The translations under genes and the position numbers were made by a program. From the NCBI GenBank assembly GCA_020850635.1, contig JADZEH010000032.1, positions 11,421 through 75,420 of the forward strand: a DNA stretch of 64,000 nt, written 5' to 3'. Source of the stretch: Candidatus Doudnabacteria bacterium (GTDB lineage Bacteria; Patescibacteriota; Doudnabacteria; UBA920). Positions 26,561-35,601 of the stretch are shown piece by piece (positions within the stretch are counted from its first letter, which is position 1; each line of letters starts with the position of its first letter). The notes beneath the pieces were generated by a model. That model saw nothing but the letters and a program-made list of their open reading frames with translations. It searched no databases and was not told where the DNA came from.

Positions 26561-27893
26561 AGTCTTTATCGCTACTGATCTTAACCGCTTTAGAACCAGT
26601 TAACTTTTCCCAGCGTTTGATAATCACTTCAGTGTAAGTGGGAACTTTCTCCATTGTGTAGCAACGGCGAGCCATTTTCTCACAGGCTATGAGTGTACTG
26701 CCAGAGCCGCCATATGGTTCGACTACAAGCCCTCCGCGTTCAGTGAGTACTTTGATGTAGGGAATAAGGATTTCCACTGGTTTAGTACCAAAGATAATAC
26801 CTTGACCAGAAGACTTCTCGTCACTGGCTTTGTATTCAATAAAGTCAGTAGGACAAATCTTTTTACCTTTCTCATAGTTCTCCCAGTGCGGTTTTCCTGA
26901 AATGGCAAATAAAGCTGTTTCGTATTCTTCTTGAAGCAAAGCTTCTTCCTCAGCAGTATTAAGATGGGCATCGCCAGAAGTGCCAACCATAGCAATATCA
27001 TGCTTGTTAAAGAATTTATGTTTAGCTGCAAATCCTTGAGTACGATTGGGCAAGTGCCAGACAATCATGTTTTTCACTTTCCAATACTTTTCCATCTCAG
27101 ACCAAATGGTGCGAAGATTTTTCCAGTTCTCATATACGATGATACTGAAATCTTCTTTGGCGAATTTAGCAATGTTGGTCATCCAAAGCTCGGTGAAGTT
27201 ATCTGGCAATTCATCTGTTTCCATATACCTACGGTCGCGCTTCAAACCAAAGCCACTCTTGTCCTGACCTTTCTTTTTACCTTTCAGGTAATCCAAGATG
27301 TATGGCGGATCTGTTAAACACAAATCTGCTTTCTCGTTGTTCATCAAGCGGAGAAAATCTTTTTCAATGGTAGAGTCGCCGCACATCAGGCGGTGTTTGC
27401 CTAATTGATAAATATCTCCCTTTTGAACTTTCACTTCAGTGATATCCAACTTCTTGAGCTCTTTTTCCAGATCAAAGACTTCTGGATTTTCCTCAACAGC
27501 AAAGATCTCATCAAGTTCCTCGCTGATAAAGCCGATATCGCTCAGTAGCGATTCGTCAAAAGCAGAGAGGAGTTCCAAATCAAACTCACCACGGTTTTTA
27601 TTTAAGCGCAGGTTAAGTTCTTTTTCTTTTGTTTCATCAGGAATATTCAGATACACCACTGGTGCTTCTGTTTTCCCAAGTTCTTTTAATGCCGCAATGC
27701 GCATGTGTCCGCCGATGAGAATGTTCTTGCGGGTTTCTGCACTGTTCACGAGCAGTGCTTCTACTGTACCGAAGCGCTTAATGCTTTCCTTAAGCTGACT
27801 AAGTGCTTCTTTTGACCACTTGCGTGGGTTGTAGGTGGCAGTAATGAGCTCCTCAATTGGCACATACTGCACCTGAAGTTTTTCGTTTTTCAT
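26529..27893 (-). CDS. ParB-like nuclease domain fused to an N6-adenine/N4-cytosine DNA methyltransferase
   Basis: 454 aa. The N-terminal ParB/Srx-like segment is IEELITATYNPRKWSKEALSQLKESIKRFGTVEALLVN. The MTase motif IV is DPPY (LCLTDPPYILDY), and the C-terminal SAM-binding region is EPYGGSGST. This architecture is common in phage and plasmid orphan methyltransferases. Confidence 0.8.
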   Translation of the reverse strand: MKNEKLQVQYVPIEELITATYNPRKWSKEALSQLKESIKRFGTVEALLVNSAETRKNILIGGHMRIAALKELGKTEAPVVYLNIPDETKEKELNLRLNKNRGEFDLELLSAFDESLLSDIGFISEELDEIFAVEENPEVFDLEKELKKLDITEVKVQKGDIYQLGKHRLMCGDSTIEKDFLRLMNNEKADLCLTDPPYILDYLKGKKKGQDKSGFGLKRDRRYMETDELPDNFTELWMTNIAKFAKEDFSIIVYENWKNLRTIWSEMEKYWKVKNMIVWHLPNRTQGFAAKHKFFNKHDIAMVGTSGDAHLNTAEEEALLQEEYETALFAISGKPHWENYEKGKKICPTDFIEYKASDEKSSGQGIIFGTKPVEILIPYIKVLTERGGLVVEPYGGSGSTLIACEKMARRCYTMEKVPTYTEVIIKRWEKLTGSKAVKISSDKDYGKDQQNSKE

Positions 27894-28072
27894 GAACGTA
27901 AAGTTAATTATTTAACCTTTACAGTTCAATTTAAGTACAAGTTTAGTTCAGTCTTAGACAATTTAGGTACAAAAAAACCGCGAGCTGGGATAATCCAGTA
28001 TTCACAGTTAAGGTTCAAATAAAACAGTACTTAAAGTATATCACCATCGTCCTTTTATTGCCTGTGGAAAAG

Positions 28073-28081
28073 TGGTAAAAT
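28073..28081 (+). promoter_or_regulatory. extended -10 promoter element upstream of the 1132-aa gene
   Basis: TGgTAAAAT at 28073-28081, about 40 nt upstream of the TTG start at 28123. The preceding intergenic region carries direct repeats AATTTAAGTACAAG and AATTTAGGTACAAA plus a small hairpin CTGGGATAATCCAG. Confidence 0.4.
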
Positions 28082-28122
28082 ATAGATATTTATTGTTTTT
28101 TCCAGCATAAATTTTATAGATT

Positions 28123-31100
28123 TTGAACCCTGATCAAGAACAAAATATTGGCTCTAATGAGCCAACCCCAGTTGAAGATTTGCTATCTTCTGCTTCAGAT
28201 AAGCAGAAGAAAATTAGAGATGCCTTAATTAACCTTGACCCTGAGTTTGGAAAAAGATTGTCCCAGGTTTATGAGGGTTTAATCTTAGGATTTAATTATA
28301 AAGTTAATCCTGAGAGAATACCACAAGTTTGTCATTCTGCAAGAGAGTTATCGTCGATTCTGCCCAGGTATTTTCCTGGACTTCCAATATTAGAGCGCGT
28401 TGATAATAGAAAAAATCCTGATGAACCTAGACAAAGAGAATTACTGAAAGGGATTTTAGGCAATCATCCTGAGCGAAGCGCTTTGCCTGAATACCTCCAA
28501 GAGACATTTGTAGATGAGTGGATGAATGTTCATGACTATTTTAATAAATATTCAAAACACGATGATATCAAAAATAAAAATGGTTTAGAAATTTCAGAAC
28601 AAGAATTTGAAGCTAATGTTTGGAAGTTTGAGGACCTGCTTTACAGAACTTTAGTTGAGATACCATTCTTTGATTCGCTGGATGAGATCGAATCATTGTT
28701 AAAAATAGAAAACCCTACTGATTCTAATGTAGCAACATTATCACAGCTCATCGCTCAGCCTCAACACAACAGATATTTTTTTGAAAAATGTAACAACCCA
28801 GAATGGTTGGCACCTCTTAATAAAAGAGGGGCCTTTTCTAAACCCCAAGAGCCCCTTAAGCAGGATGGGTATGTACGTTTTATAGGATGGCCTGAATCGC
28901 AGTACTTAGTTCGTATTGTAGACAGGAAATCAAACGAGGTCTACGAGATCATAAAAACCCTAGATTCAGAAAATCAATCTGTCTTAGATGATTTTATTGA
29001 TGCAGCACTTAAGTCTCCAGTAGAAATCGCTGCTAAGTACGTGGAGTTAATAATAAAGAAGAAGTGGTTACAGAATCCGTATAATCTTTTACTGCCAGAC
29101 AAGGTCGCGGAATTAATGGAAAAGTTAGCAGCGGCTGGAAAAGTTGACGAAGCAATAAAATTAGCTAGGGTATTATTTGATGTCCATATTGTAAAACCAG
29201 TCAGTGAAACAAACGAAGAAATTCCATTGTCATGGATTCGACCCGAAGCGAAGCCTTACTTTGATGAGTGGAGATACAAAGAAGTAATTACCAAGAAAAC
29301 AAAAGAGATTGCTAAAGCAAGCCCAGTTTTATTATTTCAAACTTTGGCTACAATCCTTCATCAAGCTTTAGATTTGGAAAAAAGAGAAAATGTATCTGAT
29401 GATTTTTATGAGTATTCCCACATTTGGAGACCAAACCTCGGGCATACTAGAAACCCTAATAGAGAAGATGCTAAAAACGTTTTAATCGACGGTTTGATTG
29501 AGTTAATCGAAAATAATAAAAATGACACTACAGTTATGGAAGGATTTGTGGAAATTTTAAGTAAACATAATCAAGGTTTCTTCAGAAGGTTGGAGATGTT
29601 TCTTCACCTGAATGCAACTGAGCCGCAAACCGAAGCAATTGAAAAATTGCTTACCGAAAAAAAGATTATTACTTCGTATAATCTAAGACGTGAATATTTG
29701 CCATTGTTAGAGAAGTTCTTCTCAACAATAACCTCTCAAGGACAAAATACAATTCTTGAAGCCATAGATTCAGGCCCCAATCTAACAAAAACAGATGATA
29801 CTACAACTGAGCAATTTGATGCTATGAATAACCGATGGCGTAGTATGTATTATGGGTCAATAAAACAGGTATTGCTTTCACCGCACAAAGAAAAGTATGA
29901 AGAATTGCAGATATTAACTGGTCCAGTAGTAATTGATGATGGAGAGCTCAAAGTTACCGGTGGGTGGATTGGGGACGAAAGTCCTTTGTCTATGGAAGAT
30001 ATGAAAAGTATGAAACCAGATAAGGTAATTGATTACCTGAGAGATTTCAAGGATTCAGGCGACTTTTCTGAAAGAATGTCTTCCTCGGGGTTAGGCATTA
30101 TTTTTGGAAATGTGGTTGCAGAAAATCCAGAAACGTACATTTCAGTTGCCGGTGATTTACTAAGTAACAAATTAAAACCACTGTACATCTATCATTTTTT
30201 GAATGGCATTAAGCAAACCCTAAAAGAACCTAGGGTTTTAGATTGGAAACCTGTTATTGATTTGTGCTACTCAATTATCTTCGTTAAGTCAGGGGAATCG
30301 CTTACGAAACCTGGTAATGACAGTGAACAAAATTGGGATTCTGTGCATATGGCTATTGCTGATCTTTTAGGAGCAGCTTTGGGTGATAAAAATACTTCCG
30401 TTTCAGTAGACTTACAAAGTCCTATTTGGGATATTATTTTAGAATTGACCAAAAATGAAGAACCTACTATTGAAGATGAAGAACGGGATAATGGGGGAAA
30501 CCTTGATCCTATGACTCTCTCAATCAATACTGTGAGAGGAGAGGCATTGCATGCAGTGGTTAATTATGCACTGTGGTTAGATAGGTTTAGCGTAGATATT
30601 AAAAAACTGGGATCGAAAATTCCTAAAATTGTCGAGGATGTATTAGATTTTCATTTAGACACTAACAATGATCCTTCGCTAGCAATTAGATCTGTTTACG
30701 GATGGAGACTGCCCAACCTGTCTTACCTAAGTATGGAATGGGTTAAGTCTAGAAAAGATAAAATTTTCCCAAAAGAAAAAGGATCAGAAAAATTATTTTT
30801 ATCTGCTTTTGAAAGTTATCTGACTAATAATGTGTACCATGATCTGTTCGATCTGTTTATCGAAGAGTATCGTATTGGTATATCTCTGCTTGGAACGGTC
30901 GAAAAGGAAGGATATCATGGCGCTGATATAAACGAAAAATTACCTCAACATTTAATGATTACTTATGTGCATGATGCTAAGCACGATGATCTTATTCGTC
31001 ATTTTTTTGATGTGGCGCCTGTTAAGTCTAGAATACAAGCTATTAATTTTGTAGGAAGAGTAATCTTTGGAGAACTATCAAAATTAGATAATCCTAAATA

Positions 31101-31521
31101 CGCAATTGAACGGTCACTAAAATTATGGGATGATAGACTATCCGCAACAAATGCAAATATTGCAGAAGAGTTACAAGAATTTGGGTGGTGGTTTAAGCGT
31201 AGCCCTTTCTCTCGTCAGGATAACATTACCAGACTTGTAAAAACTCTAGAGCTCACCAATGGTTTAATTGATGCTCCTTATGAGGTGGCAGAAGAACTTC
31301 AGGAGTACTCAGCAACCTTTCCTCTGGAAGTAATTACGGCCTTGTCATTAATTGCGCATGGCATAAAAGAAGGTCATGAGATTTCTTATAAAATGAATGA
31401 GTACAGAGAAATTATTACTAAAGTAAAAGAATCTGGTAATACAGAAGCAGTCAACAAAGCAAATGAATTAATAAACTATCTTGGTTCCAGAGGCTTCATT
31501 GATTTTAGGGATTTACTCTAA
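28123..31521 (+). CDS. large hypothetical protein (1132 aa), predicted soluble and helical, no recognisable domain
   Basis: The long ORF has a TTG start, and the first in-frame ATG is more than 100 codons in. It has no signal peptide or TM segment, and no Walker, HExxH, DEAD, GxSxG or Cys-cluster motif. It is rich in Leu, Glu and Lys with heptad-like stretches, consistent with HEAT/ARM or TPR-like solenoids. It is translationally coupled to the next gene (TAATG). Confidence 0.6.
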   Translation: MNPDQEQNIGSNEPTPVEDLLSSASDKQKKIRDALINLDPEFGKRLSQVYEGLILGFNYKVNPERIPQVCHSARELSSILPRYFPGLPILERVDNRKNPDEPRQRELLKGILGNHPERSALPEYLQETFVDEWMNVHDYFNKYSKHDDIKNKNGLEISEQEFEANVWKFEDLLYRTLVEIPFFDSLDEIESLLKIENPTDSNVATLSQLIAQPQHNRYFFEKCNNPEWLAPLNKRGAFSKPQEPLKQDGYVRFIGWPESQYLVRIVDRKSNEVYEIIKTLDSENQSVLDDFIDAALKSPVEIAAKYVELIIKKKWLQNPYNLLLPDKVAELMEKLAAAGKVDEAIKLARVLFDVHIVKPVSETNEEIPLSWIRPEAKPYFDEWRYKEVITKKTKEIAKASPVLLFQTLATILHQALDLEKRENVSDDFYEYSHIWRPNLGHTRNPNREDAKNVLIDGLIELIENNKNDTTVMEGFVEILSKHNQGFFRRLEMFLHLNATEPQTEAIEKLLTEKKIITSYNLRREYLPLLEKFFSTITSQGQNTILEAIDSGPNLTKTDDTTTEQFDAMNNRWRSMYYGSIKQVLLSPHKEKYEELQILTGPVVIDDGELKVTGGWIGDESPLSMEDMKSMKPDKVIDYLRDFKDSGDFSERMSSSGLGIIFGNVVAENPETYISVAGDLLSNKLKPLYIYHFLNGIKQTLKEPRVLDWKPVIDLCYSIIFVKSGESLTKPGNDSEQNWDSVHMAIADLLGAALGDKNTSVSVDLQSPIWDIILELTKNEEPTIEDEERDNGGNLDPMTLSINTVRGEALHAVVNYALWLDRFSVDIKKLGSKIPKIVEDVLDFHLDTNNDPSLAIRSVYGWRLPNLSYLSMEWVKSRKDKIFPKEKGSEKLFLSAFESYLTNNVYHDLFDLFIEEYRIGISLLGTVEKEGYHGADINEKLPQHLMITYVHDAKHDDLIRHFFDVAPVKSRIQAINFVGRVIFGELSKLDNPKYAIERSLKLWDDRLSATNANIAEELQEFGWWFKRSPFSRQDNITRLVKTLELTNGLIDAPYEVAEELQEYSATFPLEVITALSLIAHGIKEGHEISYKMNEYREIITKVKESGNTEAVNKANELINYLGSRGFIDFRDLL

Positions 31522-32114
31522 TGCCACGGCAACAAGTTAAAGATATGTATATAGTACTTAAGGATTTTGAACCAATGGTAAAAGATCCGCGGTTCTTGAG
31601 GAATGGCCGTCCTATTCCTAACTTTTCTGTTTTACCTCGAGAGGCTTGGGCTAACTGGCTTTTGTGTGTGGTACTTAGAGATTTTTTTCAACATGATATT
31701 ACTTTCGCGGAAGATGATGAAACTGATGGAGTAATTTATGATAAGGATACTAACCAATGGTTTTTTACTGAACATGTCTGTGCGCTGCAAACTCCTGGAC
31801 CTCATGCTAGTCTAAAAGGCGAAGATCGGGTAATGTATGCAATACAACATAAAATAGATAGAGGTGTTGATTATGCTCGTGGAAAAAGGTTGGTTGTATT
31901 TATAGAAGATGCTGGTGAGTGGTTTCCTAATAGAGTAGGGAGGTCTATTCATGGAACGCATAGCTTTGATGCAGTGTACTGCATTGGTATTAGCTCGCTA
32001 ACAGATGATGGCTATACGTACTTCGTTACTCAGTTAGATCACCAAAATTCTCCAGCTTGGAAAGTTTTTATCAATATGGATTTCACTGATTGGCAAGTAA
32101 TCAGACTTCAATAA
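31521..32114 (+). CDS. hypothetical protein (197 aa), coupled to the upstream large protein
   Basis: Its start overlaps the stop of the 1132-aa ORF, and there is no recognisable motif. Confidence 0.5.
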   Translation: MPRQQVKDMYIVLKDFEPMVKDPRFLRNGRPIPNFSVLPREAWANWLLCVVLRDFFQHDITFAEDDETDGVIYDKDTNQWFFTEHVCALQTPGPHASLKGEDRVMYAIQHKIDRGVDYARGKRLVVFIEDAGEWFPNRVGRSIHGTHSFDAVYCIGISSLTDDGYTYFVTQLDHQNSPAWKVFINMDFTDWQVIRLQ

Positions 32115-32133
32115 TACTAAATTTTGATTCTAA

Positions 32134-32496
32134 ATGGACATTAATAGCTTATTAGATCAAATAATACATAATACAATATTAAATTTTTGGGCAATAATAA
32201 AAACAAGCTGGTCTTCACTTTGGCCTTATGTTTTAGGGCTTGCAGTACTTATACTTGGCGGTATAATTCTACAAATTATTATGCTACGCAGTGGTAGTCA
32301 TAATAAACTTTCTGCTGGTTTTAATAGTCTTGTTGGCAGCCTATTTTGGTTCATCTTCTTTGCCATCTTGTTAGGTATAGCTTACGTAGTATTTGGTCCT
32401 CAGGTTATTGATGAAATATGGTTCGGATTACTTAGCATGATCGCATTTTTTCTAGCAGGCGGGTTCCTCAGACTAATCGGCTTCTGGTATTATTAA
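32134..32496 (+). CDS. small integral membrane protein (3 TM)
   Basis: 120 aa and hydrophobic. It is the third gene of the cassette, 20 nt after the previous stop. Confidence 0.5.
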   Translation: MDINSLLDQIIHNTILNFWAIIKTSWSSLWPYVLGLAVLILGGIILQIIMLRSGSHNKLSAGFNSLVGSLFWFIFFAILLGIAYVVFGPQVIDEIWFGLLSMIAFFLAGGFLRLIGFWYY

Positions 32497-32763
32497 CCAG
32501 CCCTTTTTATACTGTCTCATTTGTCTCATTTTGGTGCTATACTAATCCTGAAAGCACATTCAAAATCTCTATATATTGTCTTCGGAGGATTGCAGGAATG
32601 GATCAACCCAAAATTCGGATTGCGAACCTCAAAAATGTCCTCACAGGGTCTCAAATTTCTTTCCAAGTTTGCGTTCTATGTCTCACTTTTACTCTTGCAG
32701 GAATGCGGAGCAGGTGAAGGGTAGTGTGGTTACGCAGGCTCAGAGCTAGATGCAGATACAGGC

Positions 32764-33585
32764 TTGAACTATATGCAAGCTAGGTACTATAATTCTAGTA
32801 TTGGTAGATTTATCAGCCAGGATCCAGCTTACTTGAATCTAAATAGATTAGATGTGCAGTTAAGTGATCCACAAAGTTGGAATAGTTATGCTTATGCCAG
32901 GAACAACCCACTTGCATTAGCTGATCCAACAGGGGAATTCTGGGATACTTTTATAGATGGTATATCTCTTGGGTACAGTCTGCATCAGACTTTATACAAT
33001 GGAACCAAAGCTTTGGGTGGATATGCTTCCATCGGTGCTGGGAAGGTGTTTAACAATCAGTATGCCATAAATGCTGGTAGAGCAGATGTAGCTCGGTATG
33101 GGGCAAAGACAGCCAATAGTGCTCAGGGTTTAGCGATTGATGCAGTTGGTACTGCAGTTCCTTTTGTTCCTGCTGCTGGTATTAAAGCGGCGGCTAAGGC
33201 TGATGCAGTTATAGATATAGCAAAATCTGTCAAACAGGCTGGGGTTGCTGAGGTGTCTCCACTTCTTCGTTCAGGGGATTCTTTTACACAGGCAGGAGAG
33301 CATGTGCTTAGAGATCACCCAAATCGATATCCTGGCATGTCAGCTGAGGATGTAGCAAACTTGGCAAGACAAACTCAGAAGACCGCGAATACAAAGGGAA
33401 CCATCAGAGGTATTGACCCAAGAACTGGACAACCAGTGAATAAAAATTATTATGGGAGTAAGTCTACTGGTCAAATGTTCATAAAAACTAACTTAGGGAA
33501 TTCAACTATTTTTCCTAAGCAAAATATTGGTAGTTATATATATAGACACATATCGAAAGATATTGGTAAATTTGGAAGGAGATAG
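32764..33585 (+). CDS. orphan RHS C-terminal toxin module (RHS core tail plus alternative toxin tip)
   Basis: The tracked start is TTG, but homology to the main RHS core begins at an in-frame stop near 32713. The conceptual translation there is YAGSELDADTGLNYMQARYYNSSIGRFISQDPAYL...SYAYARNNPLALADPTGE, against YTGHEYDVDTGLSYMEARYYNPNIGRFLSQDPVFL...SYSYARNNPLAYIDENGE in the main gene. A toxin domain of about 200 aa follows, Ala/Gly-rich and unlike the main tip. Confidence 0.7.
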   Translation: MNYMQARYYNSSIGRFISQDPAYLNLNRLDVQLSDPQSWNSYAYARNNPLALADPTGEFWDTFIDGISLGYSLHQTLYNGTKALGGYASIGAGKVFNNQYAINAGRADVARYGAKTANSAQGLAIDAVGTAVPFVPAAGIKAAAKADAVIDIAKSVKQAGVAEVSPLLRSGDSFTQAGEHVLRDHPNRYPGMSAEDVANLARQTQKTANTKGTIRGIDPRTGQPVNKNYYGSKSTGQMFIKTNLGNSTIFPKQNIGSYIYRHISKDIGKFGRR

Positions 33586-33586
33586 T

Positions 33587-33916
33587 ATGATTAAGTTTGA
33601 TCAATATACTTGGTTAGTTATAATTGAAGCTATCGATTCATGTTCAGAAGCTGATCCTGAGTTAATTGAAAAAGAAACTGGTTTTCAGTTACAACAATTT
33701 GAAGACTTTAAAGAAAAATACGTAAATTCTATTCAAAAGAGCATGAATCAAGATGATTTACCAATAGTAGTAGCAGCTTTAGAATGGATGTTGGTGACCA
33801 AGAATGATTCGGACATATTACAGATTCATAAGGAAGATGGATTACGTCTTCTTGAATTACTAAGTCAGAAAAGGGGTGAAATAAGAGAAGCGGCATGGTC
33901 ATTGCATTCTGTATAG
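33587..33916 (+). CDS. putative immunity protein for the orphan RHS toxin
   Basis: An ATG sits 1 nt after the orphan toxin stop, preceded by GGAAGGAG. It encodes about 109 acidic residues. The track gives a longer 33527 start that overlaps the toxin. Confidence 0.5.
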   Translation: MIKFDQYTWLVIIEAIDSCSEADPELIEKETGFQLQQFEDFKEKYVNSIQKSMNQDDLPIVVAALEWMLVTKNDSDILQIHKEDGLRLLELLSQKRGEIREAAWSLHSV

Positions 33917-34057
33917 TGATTGGATATAGTTAACCATAAAACAGGCCGTATGGCCTGTTTTAGTTTGCATCAAATAATAAAAGCCGCCGTGTCTATTTCT
34001 CCCGAGGGAAAATTAGAACACGGCGTTGTTCTGCTTGGTTCCCGAACAGTAGCGGGG

Positions 34058-34855
34058 TCATCGCTGTTTCAGTCCCTGTGTGAGACGGAAAACAGACAGT
34101 ATGCGGATGACGTACCAGTTGACGTCAAATTCGAACCACTTCCTCCCATGCTTGGCCGAAGTCGGCTGGTGATGATGGTTGTTGTGCCATCCTTCTCCGT
34201 GCGTGATCAGTGCAACCCACCAGTTGTTGCGGGAGTCGTCGTGGGTAGGGTATCGACGATAGCCCCAGCGGTGTGCTGCCGAGTTGACCAACCACGTCGA
34301 GTGCCAACAGCAGACCGTAGGTACACATATGCCCCAGCATATCGCTTGCCATCCACCGATGCTCCAGAGCATCATTGTAAGGAGCGCTGTCGGCGTCATC
34401 CAGTAGTGGTTGAGCAGGCGATAGAATGTACTTTTGAAAAGGTCGGGGGAGTACTTTTGCATCAGTGCGTGACTGTGCATAATGGCCGGTGGCTTTATGA
34501 TCCACCCTACGTGAGCCCACAGGACACCGTCCCGTGGTGTATGAGGGTCCTTGCCTGGCTTTTCTGTGGTGTTGTGATGTCTGCGGTGTGAGGTCACCCA
34601 CTTAAGCGGAGGACCTTGTAGTGCAAGGCATCCGCATAGGGCTAGGGTGTATTCAAACCACCTTGGTGTTTTGAAACCTCGGTGGGTGAGGAGTCGGTGA
34701 TAGCCTATCCCGATACCAAGACATGATATGGAAAACCACACGGTGCCCGCGATGATCAGCAGGCGAAGTTCGAAAGAGAAAAGAGCGATCACTGCTCCAA
34801 CGTGGAACAGGAGAAGAAAGAACGCGGTGAAGTAATTCACCTTGTATTTCATCAC
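34058..34855 (-). CDS. acyl-CoA/acyl-lipid delta-9-type fatty-acid desaturase (membrane di-iron)
   Basis: 265 aa. It has three His boxes, HRLLTH, HRRHH and HNNHHH, with the expected spacing and 4 TM helices. GC is about 58%, far above the flanks, and there is a strong SD (AAAGGAGG). Confidence 0.8.
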   Translation of the reverse strand: MMKYKVNYFTAFFLLLFHVGAVIALFSFELRLLIIAGTVWFSISCLGIGIGYHRLLTHRGFKTPRWFEYTLALCGCLALQGPPLKWVTSHRRHHNTTEKPGKDPHTPRDGVLWAHVGWIIKPPAIMHSHALMQKYSPDLFKSTFYRLLNHYWMTPTALLTMMLWSIGGWQAICWGICVPTVCCWHSTWLVNSAAHRWGYRRYPTHDDSRNNWWVALITHGEGWHNNHHHQPTSAKHGRKWFEFDVNWYVIRILSVFRLTQGLKQR

Positions 34856-34923
34856 AGAAGGCCTCCTTTGACCTTGGGGACTAAGTATACCAGTGAATTG
34901 GTTATTTAGTAATGGTTGGCCTT

Positions 34924-35601
34924 TTAGTCGTCTCTATGGCGTATTTTTCCAGTGATCTTGGCAGGAATTTGGCCTTTGGGGTCAATCCATAGCAGGAAAC
35001 GCATCACAAACTCTTTAGCCTTGTGAATTGTGACGTGAGCTGATGATGAGTATTCTTCCAAAAATCTTTTGTAGTGTTTGTTTCTTTCGATGAGATAGTC
35101 TTCGGCGGGGAAGGCTTTTGCGGAAATGCCTTCGTTCTCAAAAAGTCTTCTCGCTCGTTCGAGTTGGTAGCCAATGGCCATCAGTGCTACTTTTCCAGTA
35201 ATATTTTTGTCTTCTAACATCTTGGCGATGTTCTCAGCGTTCTGCACAGTGTCTGTAGCTTGCTCTTCCAAGATGAGGGAGTCATCCAGAGTAAACTTAC
35301 CGGCTTCTTCAGGATATTTTTGTAAAAGATATTCCATCATCTCATGAGACTCTGATGGTTTGTTAGCCCCAGCAGTTTTACCTCCTGTGATGATAATTTT
35401 GTCGGCCATATCTGCTTTAATCATTTCACCAATGGCCAAAGTCACCATTTTTGATTCCATACTTAATTTCAAAGGCTCGTCACCTTCATGTTTGGAGAGA
35501 TAGTCTTTCCAACCCTTGGCTAAAACTATCAGGGCGTCAAAATGTTCTGGGACTTCATGTTCTTCACGATTTGGGTCGCGTTCAAATGATCGTTCGTTCA
35601 T
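34924..35601 (-). CDS. DUF218 (YdcF/SanA/ElyC-like) domain protein
   Basis: 225 aa with the blocks IIITGGK...SESHEMMEYL...TDTVQNAENI, typical of DUF218. Confidence 0.65.
   Translation of the reverse strand: MNERSFERDPNREEHEVPEHFDALIVLAKGWKDYLSKHEGDEPLKLSMESKMVTLAIGEMIKADMADKIIITGGKTAGANKPSESHEMMEYLLQKYPEEAGKFTLDDSLILEEQATDTVQNAENIAKMLEDKNITGKVALMAIGYQLERARRLFENEGISAKAFPAEDYLIERNKHYKRFLEEYSSSAHVTIHKAKEFVMRFLLWIDPKGQIPAKITGKIRHRDD

Larger units (their letters stand above)
21700..27900. mobile_element. integrative mobile element core, possibly extending to about 32500 with cargo
   Basis: It contains tandem large serine recombinases, a ParB-nuclease/DNA-methyltransferase fusion, an HTH protein and a palindrome-rich att-like region. 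It is inserted between the main RHS toxin/immunity locus and an orphan RHS-CT module. Confidence 0.5.

Noticed and set aside
32521-32724. 67-aa ORF upstream of the orphan RHS tip
   Set aside because: The region is better explained as the 5' homology arm of the orphan RHS core module in a different frame. It has no start context.
33920-34601. 223-aa plus-strand and 158-aa minus-strand ORFs overlapping the desaturase
   Set aside because: The desaturase frame carries all three His boxes and TM helices. The others are composition artefacts of the high-GC segment.
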